Shown here in pieces: positions 49,803 to 60,340 of a stretch of DNA of 64,000 nucleotides; position 1 is the stretch's first letter, and every line of letters starts with the position of its first letter. Made by a program: the position numbers and the translations under genes. Below the pieces are notes generated by a model, which worked only from the letters and a program-made list of their open reading frames with translations, was not told the DNA's origin and did not search any database. Origin of the DNA: an uncultured Acidobacteriota bacterium. Its GTDB lineage: Bacteria; Acidobacteriota; Vicinamibacteria; Vicinamibacterales; UBA2999. The stretch covers positions 1,283,876 to 1,347,875 of the forward strand of contig CAVRKI010000004.1 of the NCBI GenBank assembly GCA_963721715.1. Reading direction: 5' to 3'.

Positions 49803-51386
49803 ATGACGAACCCGTTCCGCTCTCCTCGGCTGGCCCTCCTGGCGTGGCTGGCCCTGGCGCCACTCGCCAGCTCGTGCGCCTCGGCCACCTCTTCGGCGCC
49901 GAGCGCGCCGGCCGCCACGACCCCCACCGCACCGGCTCGCGCCGCCGGCCCGGGACGCCAGCAATGGCTGGAGATGTTCGCCCGCGGCTACTTTCCCGGA
50001 CGCAGCGGTCAACTATTCGTGATTCCCCGCGAGGGCGATGTGATCACGGATCGGGATCCCCTCTACGGTTTCATGCACGGCTCGCCGTGGGACTACGACG
50101 TCCACATTCCCCTGCTGCTGCACGGCGCGCCGTTCGTGAAGTCCGGCGAGTATGGCGAGCCTGCGCTCCAGCAGGACGTCGCTCCCACACTGGCTGCCCT
50201 CATCGGGGCGACGGCGCCACCGACGATGATCGGGCGCGTGCTTCGCGAGGGCATCGCCGCCACCGCCACCCGTCCGCGCGTGGTGGTGCTGCTGGTGCTC
50301 GACGCCATGCGCGCGGACTACTTCGACAAATACGCCGACGTCATGCCGACGCTGTCGCGCCTGCGGCGTGAGGGCGCCTGGTTCTCGAACACGCGCATCA
50401 ACTATCTGCCCACCCTGACCAGCGTGGGGCATGCCACGATTGGCACCGGCACCGATCCCCGCTTCCACGGCCTGGCGGCGAACAGCCTGTTCAACCGCGT
50501 GACGCAGAAGCCGCAGCCAGCCTACAACGCCCTCGATCCCGGCGAGCTGATGGCCCTGACCCTCGCCGATGTCTGGAACCTGACCACCGATGGCCGCGCC
50601 ATCATCGTCGGCCAGGGCGGCGCCATCCGCGCCACGGCGGGACTGGTGGGCCGCGGCGCGTGCCTGGTGAACGGCCGTCGCGTGATCGCCGCCAGCTACA
50701 ACACGCGCGATGCGGGCTGGGAGACCAATCCGCAGTGCTATTCGATGCCCGACTACCTGAAAGCGGTGAACGGCGAGCGCTTCTGGAAGGACGCCGGCGG
50801 CACGTGGATGGGCCACGACATTTCCAACGGAAACGCCTTCCGCGCGTCGAGCCTGTTCCAGCGCTTCGAAGGCGAGGCGTTGGCGGCCGTGGCCGCCAAC
50901 GAGGCGTTCGGCGCAGACGAGGTCACCGACCTGCTGATGGTCAACATCAAGGGGCCCGACTACGTCAGCCACGCCTACGGCCCCGACGCGCTGGAGATGA
51001 GAGAAGAGATGGCCGAACTGGATCGCCAGACGGCGCGCCTGCTCGCGATCATCGACCAGAAGGCCGGGCCGAACGGGCGGCTGCTGGCCATCACCGCGGA
51101 CCATGGCATGCCCGGGGAACCCGCACCGGGGCGGCGGCACTACACCAACGACATCGTCGAGCGCATTCACGCGCGCTTCGACCCGACCGAGAAGAAGATC
51201 GTCACCTATTACGGCGACGCCGCGAACAATCAGATCTACATCGACACCGCGCGGCTGCGGACGCTGGGCTTCTCGCTGAAGGACGTGACGACGCTGCTCG
51301 AGGGCGAACCGTATCTGGTTGCCGCCTTCAGCGAAGACGAGGTGCGCGCTGCGCAGGCGCAGCTGCCCGGGAGCGCCAGGCGCTGA
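49803..51386 (+). CDS. Alkaline-phosphatase-superfamily phosphodiesterase/nucleotide pyrophosphatase
   Basis: 527 aa. Signal peptide. VLDAMRADYF, TLTSVGHATIGTG (nucleophile Thr region), ADHGM. Confidence 0.75.
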   Translation: MTNPFRSPRLALLAWLALAPLASSCASATSSAPSAPAATTPTAPARAAGPGRQQWLEMFARGYFPGRSGQLFVIPREGDVITDRDPLYGFMHGSPWDYDVHIPLLLHGAPFVKSGEYGEPALQQDVAPTLAALIGATAPPTMIGRVLREGIAATATRPRVVVLLVLDAMRADYFDKYADVMPTLSRLRREGAWFSNTRINYLPTLTSVGHATIGTGTDPRFHGLAANSLFNRVTQKPQPAYNALDPGELMALTLADVWNLTTDGRAIIVGQGGAIRATAGLVGRGACLVNGRRVIAASYNTRDAGWETNPQCYSMPDYLKAVNGERFWKDAGGTWMGHDISNGNAFRASSLFQRFEGEALAAVAANEAFGADEVTDLLMVNIKGPDYVSHAYGPDALEMREEMAELDRQTARLLAIIDQKAGPNGRLLAITADHGMPGEPAPGRRHYTNDIVERIHARFDPTEKKIVTYYGDAANNQIYIDTARLRTLGFSLKDVTTLLEGEPYLVAAFSEDEVRAAQAQLPGSARR

Positions 51387-51472
51387 CGTGACCGGGCCGC
51401 TGCGACATCGTGTCGCAGTGACAGCCCCCGGAGGGCCGCCTACAGTGGAGTAGCGGTCCCCTGGAGGCATTC

Positions 51473-53773
51473 ATGTTCTTGTTGCGGCGATACACGTCCC
51501 TGCTGGTGCTGTGCCTGGCATGGCCCGCCCTTCTCCAGGCGCAAACCGAGACTGCCTCGATCGCCGGGTCGATCGCGTCTCACGACGGCGCGCGCATTCC
51601 GTTCGCCACGCTCGTGCTCACCGACCGGGCCTCGGGGAGGACCACGCGCGTCGCGAGTGACGACCGCGGCAGCTTCCTGTTCGAGTACCTCCTGGCGGGC
51701 ACCTACGACCTGACGATCGACGCGGCCGGGTTCGAACGGCGCTCGGTGCCGTCGCTGGTCGTCCCACCCGGGGCCACGCATCGGATTGAAATCACGCTGG
51801 CGCCCGCCGCGCTGAGCGAGCACGTCACGGTTTCGGCCGCCATGCCGCGCGACAGCATGGAGAAGACCGAGGTGCGCGAGAGCGCGGCGCGTGACGTCGG
51901 CGAGGCGCTGGCGGAGACCGCGGGCGTGTGGCGGCTGCGCAAGGGCGCCATCGCCAGCGACGTCGTGCTGCGCGGGTTGCAGAGCCGCGACCTGAACGTG
52001 CTGATCGACGGCCAGCGCATCTACGGCGCGTGTCCCAATCGGATGGACCCGCCGGCGTTTCACGTGGACTTCTCGGAGGTCGAACGCGTGGAGGTGGGCA
52101 AGGGACCCTTCGACGTGCGTTACCAGGGCAGCATGGGCGGCCTCGTCAACATCGTCACGCGCCGGCCGCCGGACGGCTGGCACGCCTCGCCGGCCCTGTC
52201 GATCGGCTCGTTCGGGTTCGTGAACCCCTCGGGAACGGCGTCGTACGCCGGGCCGCGCGTGTCCGCGCTCGGCGGCTACTCGTTCCGGCGATCGGATCCC
52301 TACACCGACGGACGCGGGCAGCTGTTCACGGCGGTGGCGAACTACAAGCCCACCGAAGTGGATTCCGAGGCCTTCCGCGCCTCCACCGCATGGGGCCGGG
52401 CGGCCTGGCGGATCGAAGGCGGCGGCCAGCTCGAGGCGAGCTACACCCGGCAGATGGCCGACCACATGCTCTACCCCTACCTGCAGATGGACGCCGACTA
52501 CGACAACGCCGACCGGGCGGCGCTCCGGTTCGAGCAGCCGCGATCCGGCGCGCGCGTCTCGGCCATCCGCGCCGACGTCTACTGGTCGCGCGTGGATCAC
52601 TGGATGACCGACGAGCTGCGCGTCTCGTCCTCCACGGCTCCGCGCGCCTACTCGATGGCGACCGACGCGGCGACCAACACCGTGGGTGGCCGGGCCGAGG
52701 CCCAGATCGGCACCGGGACCACGGTGGGCGGCGAGGCGTTCCGGCGGAACTGGGACACCACCACCCTGCTCGCCGGCATGGCCTACGCGCCGCAGTACTC
52801 CATCCCGGACGTGGACCTCGACACCATCGGCTTCTTCGCCGAACACGCCCGATCGCTCGGCCCGAAGACGGCCATCGACTTCGGTGGGCGCCTGGACCGC
52901 ATCCAGTCGACCGCCGATCCGCAGAAGGCCAACCTGGCGCTCTACACCGCCTACCACGCAACCACCTCGACGTCCCGGACCGACGTGATCCCGGCGGGAC
53001 GCATCAAGGTGACCCACCGCCCGACCCAGGCCCTGCAGCTGGCCGTCGGCGTGGGGCACAACGCCCGCGTCGCCGAGGGCAACGAACGCTTCTTCGCGCT
53101 GCGGCGCATGGGCACCGACTGGGTGGGCAATCCCGAGCTGGCCCCGACGCGCAACACCGGCATCGATGGCTCGCTCACCGTCGAAGGCCAGGGGCGCTCG
53201 CTCTCCCTGAATGCCTTTGCCAACCGCATGGACAACTACGTGGCGGTCTACATGGCGCCCCGCGTGGAGATGGTGCCGGGCGTGATGAACACGACCGCGC
53301 GGTCCTATACCAACGTCGACGCGCTGCTGCGCGGTGTCGAGGTCACCGGCTCGACGCAGCTGCGCGCGCACCTGACGTTTTCTGGCGACGTGTCCTACAC
53401 GCGGGGCACGTTCGACCAGGCAGACATCGCCGGCGCGACGAGCAACAACCTGGCCGAGATGCCGCCCCTTCGGGCGCAGGCGCGGTTCCGCTTCGACAAC
53501 GGGCGCGCATTCGGGGAACTGGGCGGCATTGCCAGCGCCGCGCAGGAGAAGGTGGACAGCTCGCTTGGCGAGCAGACCACCCCCTCCTACTTCATCCTCA
53601 ACCTGCACACTGGCATGCGTGCCGGCGCCTTCGCGGTGAGCGTCGGAGTGGCCAATCTGCTCGATCACTACTATGTCGAGCACCTGTCCTATCAACGGGA
53701 TCCATTCCGCTCTGGCGTGCGGGTGGCCGAGCCGGGACGCAACCTGTTCATGAACGCCAGCTGGCAGTTCTAA
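51473..53773 (+). CDS. TonB-dependent receptor with N-terminal carboxypeptidase-regulatory-like domain
   Basis: 766 aa. Signal peptide. CarboxypepD_reg-like N-terminus, plug (VVLRGLQSRDLNVLIDG), C-terminal barrel ending NASWQF. Confidence 0.85.
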   Translation: MFLLRRYTSLLVLCLAWPALLQAQTETASIAGSIASHDGARIPFATLVLTDRASGRTTRVASDDRGSFLFEYLLAGTYDLTIDAAGFERRSVPSLVVPPGATHRIEITLAPAALSEHVTVSAAMPRDSMEKTEVRESAARDVGEALAETAGVWRLRKGAIASDVVLRGLQSRDLNVLIDGQRIYGACPNRMDPPAFHVDFSEVERVEVGKGPFDVRYQGSMGGLVNIVTRRPPDGWHASPALSIGSFGFVNPSGTASYAGPRVSALGGYSFRRSDPYTDGRGQLFTAVANYKPTEVDSEAFRASTAWGRAAWRIEGGGQLEASYTRQMADHMLYPYLQMDADYDNADRAALRFEQPRSGARVSAIRADVYWSRVDHWMTDELRVSSSTAPRAYSMATDAATNTVGGRAEAQIGTGTTVGGEAFRRNWDTTTLLAGMAYAPQYSIPDVDLDTIGFFAEHARSLGPKTAIDFGGRLDRIQSTADPQKANLALYTAYHATTSTSRTDVIPAGRIKVTHRPTQALQLAVGVGHNARVAEGNERFFALRRMGTDWVGNPELAPTRNTGIDGSLTVEGQGRSLSLNAFANRMDNYVAVYMAPRVEMVPGVMNTTARSYTNVDALLRGVEVTGSTQLRAHLTFSGDVSYTRGTFDQADIAGATSNNLAEMPPLRAQARFRFDNGRAFGELGGIASAAQEKVDSSLGEQTTPSYFILNLHTGMRAGAFAVSVGVANLLDHYYVEHLSYQRDPFRSGVRVAEPGRNLFMNASWQF

Positions 53774-53835
53774 AGACAACAGACGGCAGACGGGCAGGTT
53801 GAGCTGATTCTTCGGTAGGTGTCACAGTACCAGGT

Positions 53836-54645
53836 GTGGCGGTGCCCATCTGGCTCCAGTTCGTGGTCGGCTATGCCGTGTACCTGGTCGCCGTGGCATG
53901 GTCGGCGCCGGGCTTCGCGCGGGCGCGCGTCCCCGCGTTGGTCACGCTCGCGGCCAGTCTCGGTCTCGCGAGCGTGTGGCCGCGGCTGGTGTCAGGATCG
54001 GAGCTATCCGCAGCGGCGGCCTGGATCGCCGTGCCCGGACTGTTCGTGCTGGCGACCTACCGGGTGTCCGGAACGTTCTTCATCACCCCGAATCTCGCCC
54101 TCGAGCGTTGGCTGCTGCGCGTGGATCACGACGTGCTGGTGGGCACCGGCCTGCTGCGCGCCTACGGCGCGGTGAAGGCGATGCGCTCGACCTGCGAGTT
54201 GCTCTACCTGCTGGTGTACGCGATGGTGCCGGCGGGCGCGACGGTGCTGGTCATCGCGGCAAGGGCCGACTGGCTGCCGCGTTATTGGGCCGCCGTCTTC
54301 GCCGCCGAGCTGGCATGTTACGGCCTGCTGCCCTGGCTGCAGACGCGCCCGCCCCGCGCGATCGAACCCGCCGCTGCGACCGGCGCAGGAGACGCCTTGC
54401 GGCGACTGAACCTGGCAGTGCTGCAGCGTGGCAGCATCCAGGTGAACACCCTGCCGAGCGCGCATGCCGCCGGCGCGACCGCCCTGGCGCTGGTGATGGT
54501 GGACGCACTGCCGATGGTGGGCGGTGTGTTCCTCGCGGTCGCAATCGGCATCACCATCGCCACGGTGCTGGGCCGCTATCACTACCTGGTGGATGCCCTG
54601 CTCGGTGTGGCCGTGGGGGTGTCGACGTGGCTCTTGGTGGGATAG
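53836..54645 (+). CDS. PAP2-like integral membrane protein
   Basis: 269 aa, GTG start, multiple TM segments. LPSAHAAGATALAL resembles the PAP2 C-terminal motif. Confidence 0.4.
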   Translation: MAVPIWLQFVVGYAVYLVAVAWSAPGFARARVPALVTLAASLGLASVWPRLVSGSELSAAAAWIAVPGLFVLATYRVSGTFFITPNLALERWLLRVDHDVLVGTGLLRAYGAVKAMRSTCELLYLLVYAMVPAGATVLVIAARADWLPRYWAAVFAAELACYGLLPWLQTRPPRAIEPAAATGAGDALRRLNLAVLQRGSIQVNTLPSAHAAGATALALVMVDALPMVGGVFLAVAIGITIATVLGRYHYLVDALLGVAVGVSTWLLVG

Positions 54646-54646
54646 G

Positions 54647-54688
54647 ACCTGGGAACCAGGAGCCAGGAACCAGCGATCAGGGGATGGT
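54647..54688 (+). repeat. Heptad array ACCTGGG AACCAGG AGCCAGG AACCAGC GATCAGG GGATGGT
   Basis: Direct reading. Starts 2 nt after the PAP2-like stop. Shares the GATCAGG core with the other loci. Confidence 0.85.
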
Positions 54689-54724
54689 CGACGGCTACCG
54701 ATTGTCGTCAGCCGGATACCGATG

Positions 54725-56314
54725 CTAAGCCACCGCGAGCAGCTTCACATTCGGGTTCTCGCGCTCGGTGTATTGCACTTCCCAATCCGACTGGAACAGC
54801 AGCACGCGGCGCTCGTCGCGATCGACGCAGTCGAGCACGCCCTGCGGGAGTCGCATCTGCTGGCCCGCCGGATGCTCGACCCAGCGCGCGGCGACGTGCG
54901 GGAGCTTGTCCACCTGGCACTCGACGCCGTACTCGTTGCGCATCCGCGCCTCGACGATGTCGAACTGCAGCGCGCCGACGACCCCGAGAATCGGCTCACG
55001 CTTGCCGTAGATCGGGAACACCACCTGCATCAGCCCTTCTTCCTCGAGCTGGCGGATGCCTTCGTCGAACTGCTTGTACTTGACGTCGCGCAGGCGGAGC
55101 GCGCCGAAGAACTCGGCCGGGAAGTGCGGGATCCGCGGGTAGCGCACCTTGGTACCCGCATACAGCGTGTCGCCGATCGCGAAGCGGCCGGGGTTGACCA
55201 GCCCGACGACGTCGCCGGGGTAGGCCGTTTCCACCGTCTCGCGCTCGCGTCCGAAGAAGCGGCTGGGCCGCGACAACCGCACCGGCTCATCGAGCCTCGC
55301 GTTGCGCACCAGCATGTCCTTGGTGAGCACGCCCGAGCAGACGCGCAGGAACGCCACGCGGTCGCGGTGCCGCGGGTTCATGTTCGCCTGGATCTTGAAG
55401 ATGAACCCGCTGAAGTCCTCCGCCGCCGGCTCGACGATGCCGACGTCGGTCTCGCGCGGCTGCGGCGGCGGCGCCAGTTCGACCAGCGCGGCGAGGAACG
55501 ACTCGAGGCCGAAATTCGACAGCGCCGAGCCGAAGAACACCGGGGTCTGTTTCGCGGCGCGGTAGGCCGCGGGATCGAACCGCGTCCCGGCCGCTTCGAG
55601 CAGGTGCACGCCCTCCAGCAGTTCGGTTCGGCGCTCCTCGCCGATCAGCTCGCCGAGCTTCGGATCGCTGGCGCTGGCGACGGCCACAGGCGTGCGGCGG
55701 TCACCACGGCGATCGCCCCGCTCGTAGAACAGGACCGTGTGCTGCTGCAGATCGTAGACGCCGCGGAAGCGGTCACCGGTGCCGATCGGCCAGTTCATCG
55801 GCACCGCGGCCACACCCAGCACCCGCTCGATGTCGTCCAGCAGGTCCAGCGGATCCCGCGACGGCAGGTCGAGCTTGTTGATGAAGGTGAGCATCGGCAG
55901 CTGGCGCTGGCGGGCCACCTCGAACAGCTTGCGGGTCTGGCTCTCGATGCCCTTGGCGGCATCGATCACCATCACGACGCTGTCCACCGCGAGCAGCGTG
56001 CGATAGGTGTCCTCGCTGAAGTCCTTGTGCCCTGGCGTGTCGAGCAGCGTGACCCGGCGATCGAACAGGTCGAACTCGAGAGCCGCCGAAGTGATGGAGA
56101 TGCCACGCTCGCGCTCGATGTCCATCCAGTCGGAGACCGCGTGCCGCTGGGCCTTCTTGCCGCGGACCGCGCCGGCGAGCTCGATCGCGCCGGCGTACAG
56201 CAGCGTCTTCTCCGTAAGCGTCGTCTTGCCGGCGTCTGGGTGGGAGATGATGGCGAAGGTGCGGCGTTTCGCCACCTCGCGCGCAATGGCTTCTGAGGTC
56301 TGTCCTGCGGTCAC
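54725..56314 (-). CDS. prfC: Peptide chain release factor 3
   Basis: 529 aa. GTPase motifs AIISHPDAGKTT, DTPGH, NKLD. RF3-like throughout. Confidence 0.95.
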   Translation of the reverse strand: MTAGQTSEAIAREVAKRRTFAIISHPDAGKTTLTEKTLLYAGAIELAGAVRGKKAQRHAVSDWMDIERERGISITSAALEFDLFDRRVTLLDTPGHKDFSEDTYRTLLAVDSVVMVIDAAKGIESQTRKLFEVARQRQLPMLTFINKLDLPSRDPLDLLDDIERVLGVAAVPMNWPIGTGDRFRGVYDLQQHTVLFYERGDRRGDRRTPVAVASASDPKLGELIGEERRTELLEGVHLLEAAGTRFDPAAYRAAKQTPVFFGSALSNFGLESFLAALVELAPPPQPRETDVGIVEPAAEDFSGFIFKIQANMNPRHRDRVAFLRVCSGVLTKDMLVRNARLDEPVRLSRPSRFFGRERETVETAYPGDVVGLVNPGRFAIGDTLYAGTKVRYPRIPHFPAEFFGALRLRDVKYKQFDEGIRQLEEEGLMQVVFPIYGKREPILGVVGALQFDIVEARMRNEYGVECQVDKLPHVAARWVEHPAGQQMRLPQGVLDCVDRDERRVLLFQSDWEVQYTERENPNVKLLAVA

Positions 56315-56442
56315 GAACCTATGACAGTATCAGGAGTTCGGGCCCGGATGGTATATTAGGGCGTCCCCAGACCCAATCCGCGCCGTGACGGCGAGCCTCC
56401 ACCAAGGCTCACGGCCGAGCTTTCGTTCCTTCGTCCAGGGGA

Positions 56443-56985
56443 GTGTGCATGCGCCCGATTTGCCGACGTCAGTTCGTGGCCACGCTGGCCGCCGCCGTGC
56501 CCGTCCTCGCGTGTTCCCGCCCGCTCATGGCGGACAGCCGTGACGTGCGAGCGCTGGACTTCGTCCACACCCACACCGGCGAGAAACTCTCGGTGGAATA
56601 CGCGTCGGGCGACCGCTACCTGCCCGATGCCCTCGAGACCGTGAACCACTTCCTGCGCGACTTCCGCACCGGCGATGTGCATGCCATCGATCGCGGCCTG
56701 CTCGATCTGCTCCACGGCCTCACCCGGCTGACGGAGAGCCGCAGGCCGTTCCAGGTCATCTCCGGCTATCGTTCGCCCAACACCAACGCCATGCTCCGCC
56801 GCGCCAGCGAAGGCGTGGCCGGCCGCAGCCTCCACATGCAGGGCCAGGCGATCGACATCCGTCTCGCCGATGTCCCGCTCGGCAAGCTGCGCGCGGCCGC
56901 CCTCGCCGCCGGCCGCGGCGGCGTCGGCTACTACCCCGCTTCTGATTTCGTGCACGTCGACACGGGGCGCGTGAGGCACTGGTAG
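56443..56985 (+). CDS. DUF882/YcbK(MepK)-like M15 peptidase with Tat-type leader
   Basis: 180 aa. CRRQFVATLAAAVP leader. SGYRSPNTN, SLHMQGQAID, FVHVD motifs. Confidence 0.8.
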   Translation: MCMRPICRRQFVATLAAAVPVLACSRPLMADSRDVRALDFVHTHTGEKLSVEYASGDRYLPDALETVNHFLRDFRTGDVHAIDRGLLDLLHGLTRLTESRRPFQVISGYRSPNTNAMLRRASEGVAGRSLHMQGQAIDIRLADVPLGKLRAAALAAGRGGVGYYPASDFVHVDTGRVRHW

Positions 56986-57001
56986 GAACCTTCTGCCTTT
57001 G

Positions 57002-58702
57002 TCAGGGCAGCGTGAGCGCCTGTTGCAGCTTCCGATCGTGCCCGTAGATGTCGTCCGCGAACCGGACCGACCCGTCCCCCGGCATCACCACCGCTGTCAG
57101 GTAGAACAGCACCACCTGGATCGGCCGCGTCAGGTTGACGCGCTCGGAGGTGGTGCCCTGCATCGCGGCGACGATGCGCTCGCGCGTCCACTCGGGCCGA
57201 TCGCGCAACACCCACTCCGCCAGCATCACGGGATCGGCCACCCGCACGCAGCCGTGGCTGAAGTCACGACGGGCGCGCCCGAACAACTGCGGCGCGGGGG
57301 TGCCGTGCATGTAGATGTTGTCGTCGTTGGGGAACACGAACTTCACCAGGCCGAGCGAGTTCTTCGGCCCGGGCCGCTGGCGCACGCGGTAGCGGCCCTG
57401 CCGGAGCCCGGAGAGGCTCTCCTCGCTCATCGCCACGGGCGTGGCCTCGTCGCTCTGGCCCGAGACGATTTCCATGTCGTTGCGATCCAGATAGGTGGGG
57501 TCGCGCGCAATCGCCGGCAGGATCTCGCCGCGGAGGATGGACGGCGGCACGTTCCAGTACGGCCGGAAGATCAGGTGGCGCATCTGCTCGATGAACACCG
57601 GCGTCTGGGTGTTGAGCGCACGCCCGACGATCACCCCCAGGTCGAACACCGGCGCGCTCCGTTCGGGCGCGGTGTCCCACCCCCACAAGCGGAACATCGG
57701 GATATTGATGGCGAGAAACCCCTGCTCATCCAGATGGGGGAGCCAGCGCAGTCGCTCGAGGGCAAGTTCCAGTTGCCGAACCCGGCCATCGAGCGTCACG
57801 TTGAGGGCGGCCACCGTCGACCGCCCCATCGCGCCATCCGCATCGAGCCCGTGGCGCAGCTGAAAGTGCTTCACACCCTCGACGATGGCGCCTTCGTAGA
57901 GGCCATCTGCTGTTGAAACCGGGGCATCGGCTGGCAGATCACCCAGGAGCACCAGCCGCCGGTGGAGCGCCTCCAGGTCCTCCAAGGGCGCGCCGGGTTT
58001 TGTCGACGCCTTGGGAACGGGCAGCTGCAACGGCGTTGCCTGGTCGGCCAGGCCCCGGTACGTCGCCAGCGCCGCCACCAGCGCTCGATACAATGGCAAT
58101 GGCGGCCGTAACTCGTCGGTCGCGGCGCGGAGACGCTGCCTGCCGAGCGCGTCGCGGAGCATCGCCGGGAAATCGTGGTCGTCGACCGGCGCGTTCATCC
58201 GGAAGCCGATCGACCGCGGATCGACGCGTCCCATGTGCAATTCGCGCCAGTAGCGCAGCAGGTGAAGGCTCAGGCCCACGTCGAAGCGGGCAAGCGCCTC
58301 GGCATCGGACGCGCCCTCTCCCTCGAGCGCAGCGGCCCCGCGCGCAAGGGCGGCGCCCTGGTAATCCTCTGGATCCAACCCTTCGGATTCCGCGGTTTCG
58401 AGCTTGGTCAACGCGTCACGCGCGTCGGTGGTCGGACGTCCGGTGGCATCACTCCACAGGAACGACGCCTCTGGAGCGCCGTACAGGGACATCAGCTGCC
58501 GTCGCTCCACCGCCGTCCGCACGCCGAGCGCGAGATCGTCCTGCTCCAGTACCGCGCGGAGCGCGACAGCCCGCTCGTCCGGCGACACCTGCAGGAGCGG
58601 CTGCTCGTTCGGAACGGGCACCGGGACCGAGGAGGTGGAATCGTCGGCACAGGCCAGCAGCCCGCACATCGCCATCGCGCTCAGGAGCTGCCGGATCACC
58701 AC
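57002..58702 (-). CDS. YcbB/LdtD-like L,D-transpeptidase
   Basis: 566 aa. PG-binding-like repeat and YkuD catalytic motif NIYMHGTP..FSHGCVRV. Confidence 0.85.
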   Translation of the reverse strand: MVIRQLLSAMAMCGLLACADDSTSSVPVPVPNEQPLLQVSPDERAVALRAVLEQDDLALGVRTAVERRQLMSLYGAPEASFLWSDATGRPTTDARDALTKLETAESEGLDPEDYQGAALARGAAALEGEGASDAEALARFDVGLSLHLLRYWRELHMGRVDPRSIGFRMNAPVDDHDFPAMLRDALGRQRLRAATDELRPPLPLYRALVAALATYRGLADQATPLQLPVPKASTKPGAPLEDLEALHRRLVLLGDLPADAPVSTADGLYEGAIVEGVKHFQLRHGLDADGAMGRSTVAALNVTLDGRVRQLELALERLRWLPHLDEQGFLAINIPMFRLWGWDTAPERSAPVFDLGVIVGRALNTQTPVFIEQMRHLIFRPYWNVPPSILRGEILPAIARDPTYLDRNDMEIVSGQSDEATPVAMSEESLSGLRQGRYRVRQRPGPKNSLGLVKFVFPNDDNIYMHGTPAPQLFGRARRDFSHGCVRVADPVMLAEWVLRDRPEWTRERIVAAMQGTTSERVNLTRPIQVVLFYLTAVVMPGDGSVRFADDIYGHDRKLQQALTLP

Positions 58703-58747
58703 CCTCCCATTTTACGTTGCCCCGTGAATGCGGGGTTTCAGCAGGAC

Positions 58748-60286
58748 TCAATAGTTCCACTGGATCTGGAAACCGAGGCGGTTGGCGTCGCGGCTGGACT
58801 CGTACGGGAACAGGCTCGTACGGGTCCGCTCGAACGTCCGCGTGTAGATCATGGTCAACTCGAGCTCCGCCCAGCGCGCGAGCTCGAGGCCGAAGTCCAC
58901 CTCGTTGATGTGATCGCGCGGGGCGTTGCGGGCGAACTTGCGGGCGCCGTCGTAATACTGCCAGCGCACGAACGGGAACAGCGAGGCGGTCCCCTTCGCC
59001 CTCCGGTAGTTCACCTGCACATACCCGCCGTTCAACGATTTGCTGCTGATGCTCCGGTAGTCGTCGCTCAGTTCAGGGCCGCGGCCGACGGTCCACTCGG
59101 CCTCGATGCCGATCGGTTGCGGGTACCAGACCGCCGTCAGGGCCACGCGCTCGTCGGTCACACCACCTGCGGGGCTCGAGGGCGTGAACGTGGCCCCTCC
59201 AGTCGAGATCGCCTGCGTCGTCGTGACGAACTTCCCGTAATAGCCCTGTGCGCCAACCTCGAAGAACTGGCCGCTCGGGAGCTTGAAGGGATAGGCCCAG
59301 CGAGCGATCACGTGTGGGTCGCCGTTCTGATCCGATCGGTTCAGGCCCTGGCCGGAGTAGAGGCCGATGGTCGCCGAGCCATAATCGCCCGAGCCTTTCA
59401 GGCCCTGGCTGACAAGATCGCGATATCGCTGCCGCACCACCGGCGGTGCCCACATCAGGTACACCCCGTAGTCTCGTTCCCCTTCAACCGCGGAGTTGAG
59501 CGCGTCGGGACGTTCGGTCGGGCCACGATTCTGGCTCGACTGCAGGTTGACCCAGCCGTACGGCACCTTCGACTGACCGAGCCGGATCCGGAACGCCTTC
59601 TTCGCATCGAGGTTCACGTCGGCGTAGAGGTCGCGCATCTGCAGCGAGTAGTCGGCCGCGCCGGTGGAGGCGTTGAAGTCGGCCTGCGCGTACAGCGCAA
59701 GATGCTGGGAGACATCGCCGCTCACCACGAAGCGGCCGCGGCGGATCAGGAACGATTCGTTCTCGTTCACCGATCGATCCGCTGGCACTTCGAGGGTCGC
59801 CCCCTCACCCTGCGCCACCTCGGTGAACCGGAACTGGGTATAGCCGCGCAGGCCCAGGCGCTCGTACCACTTGTTGCTGAGCGCCCTCTTCACCGCGACC
59901 TCGGGGTCCTGGCTGGCCACCTGCGTCTCGAGTGCCTGCACACGGCTGCTGAGCGCCTGTTCGGTGCTGGACAGAACCTTCGTGGGCGCTTCCTGCGTCT
60001 GGAGAGCAGCCACGGTTGCGGGTGCCGGAGCGACCTGACCTCCTGCGGCCGCCGGGGCGGCCGGTGGGTCGGGCGCCTCCGCCGACAGGCGCAACTCGTC
60101 GTATTCCTCGGCGGTGATGGAGCCGCGATCGCGCAGGATACGCAGCAGCCTCAGCATCGTCTCGTTGGACGCGTGCGCGGGGGTGGCAGGCAGCAGCAGC
60201 CCCGCAGCCGTGCAGGCTGCCAGGCAAAAGGAGCGGAGCGTGATGGATCGCAGCACACCAGTGAGTGTGGCAAGCACAGATGACAC
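58748..60286 (-). CDS. Outer-membrane porin (OprO/P-like) with N-terminal coiled coil
   Basis: 512 aa. Signal peptide ..PAHA. Helical N-terminal region then a beta-barrel ending QIQWNY. Confidence 0.55.
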   Translation of the reverse strand: MSSVLATLTGVLRSITLRSFCLAACTAAGLLLPATPAHASNETMLRLLRILRDRGSITAEEYDELRLSAEAPDPPAAPAAAGGQVAPAPATVAALQTQEAPTKVLSSTEQALSSRVQALETQVASQDPEVAVKRALSNKWYERLGLRGYTQFRFTEVAQGEGATLEVPADRSVNENESFLIRRGRFVVSGDVSQHLALYAQADFNASTGAADYSLQMRDLYADVNLDAKKAFRIRLGQSKVPYGWVNLQSSQNRGPTERPDALNSAVEGERDYGVYLMWAPPVVRQRYRDLVSQGLKGSGDYGSATIGLYSGQGLNRSDQNGDPHVIARWAYPFKLPSGQFFEVGAQGYYGKFVTTTQAISTGGATFTPSSPAGGVTDERVALTAVWYPQPIGIEAEWTVGRGPELSDDYRSISSKSLNGGYVQVNYRRAKGTASLFPFVRWQYYDGARKFARNAPRDHINEVDFGLELARWAELELTMIYTRTFERTRTSLFPYESSRDANRLGFQIQWNY

Positions 60287-60340
60287 GTTCGTTACATCAA
60301 TGTTTCATGTGCGTTACATTCCCGTGATGCGGATGGCATC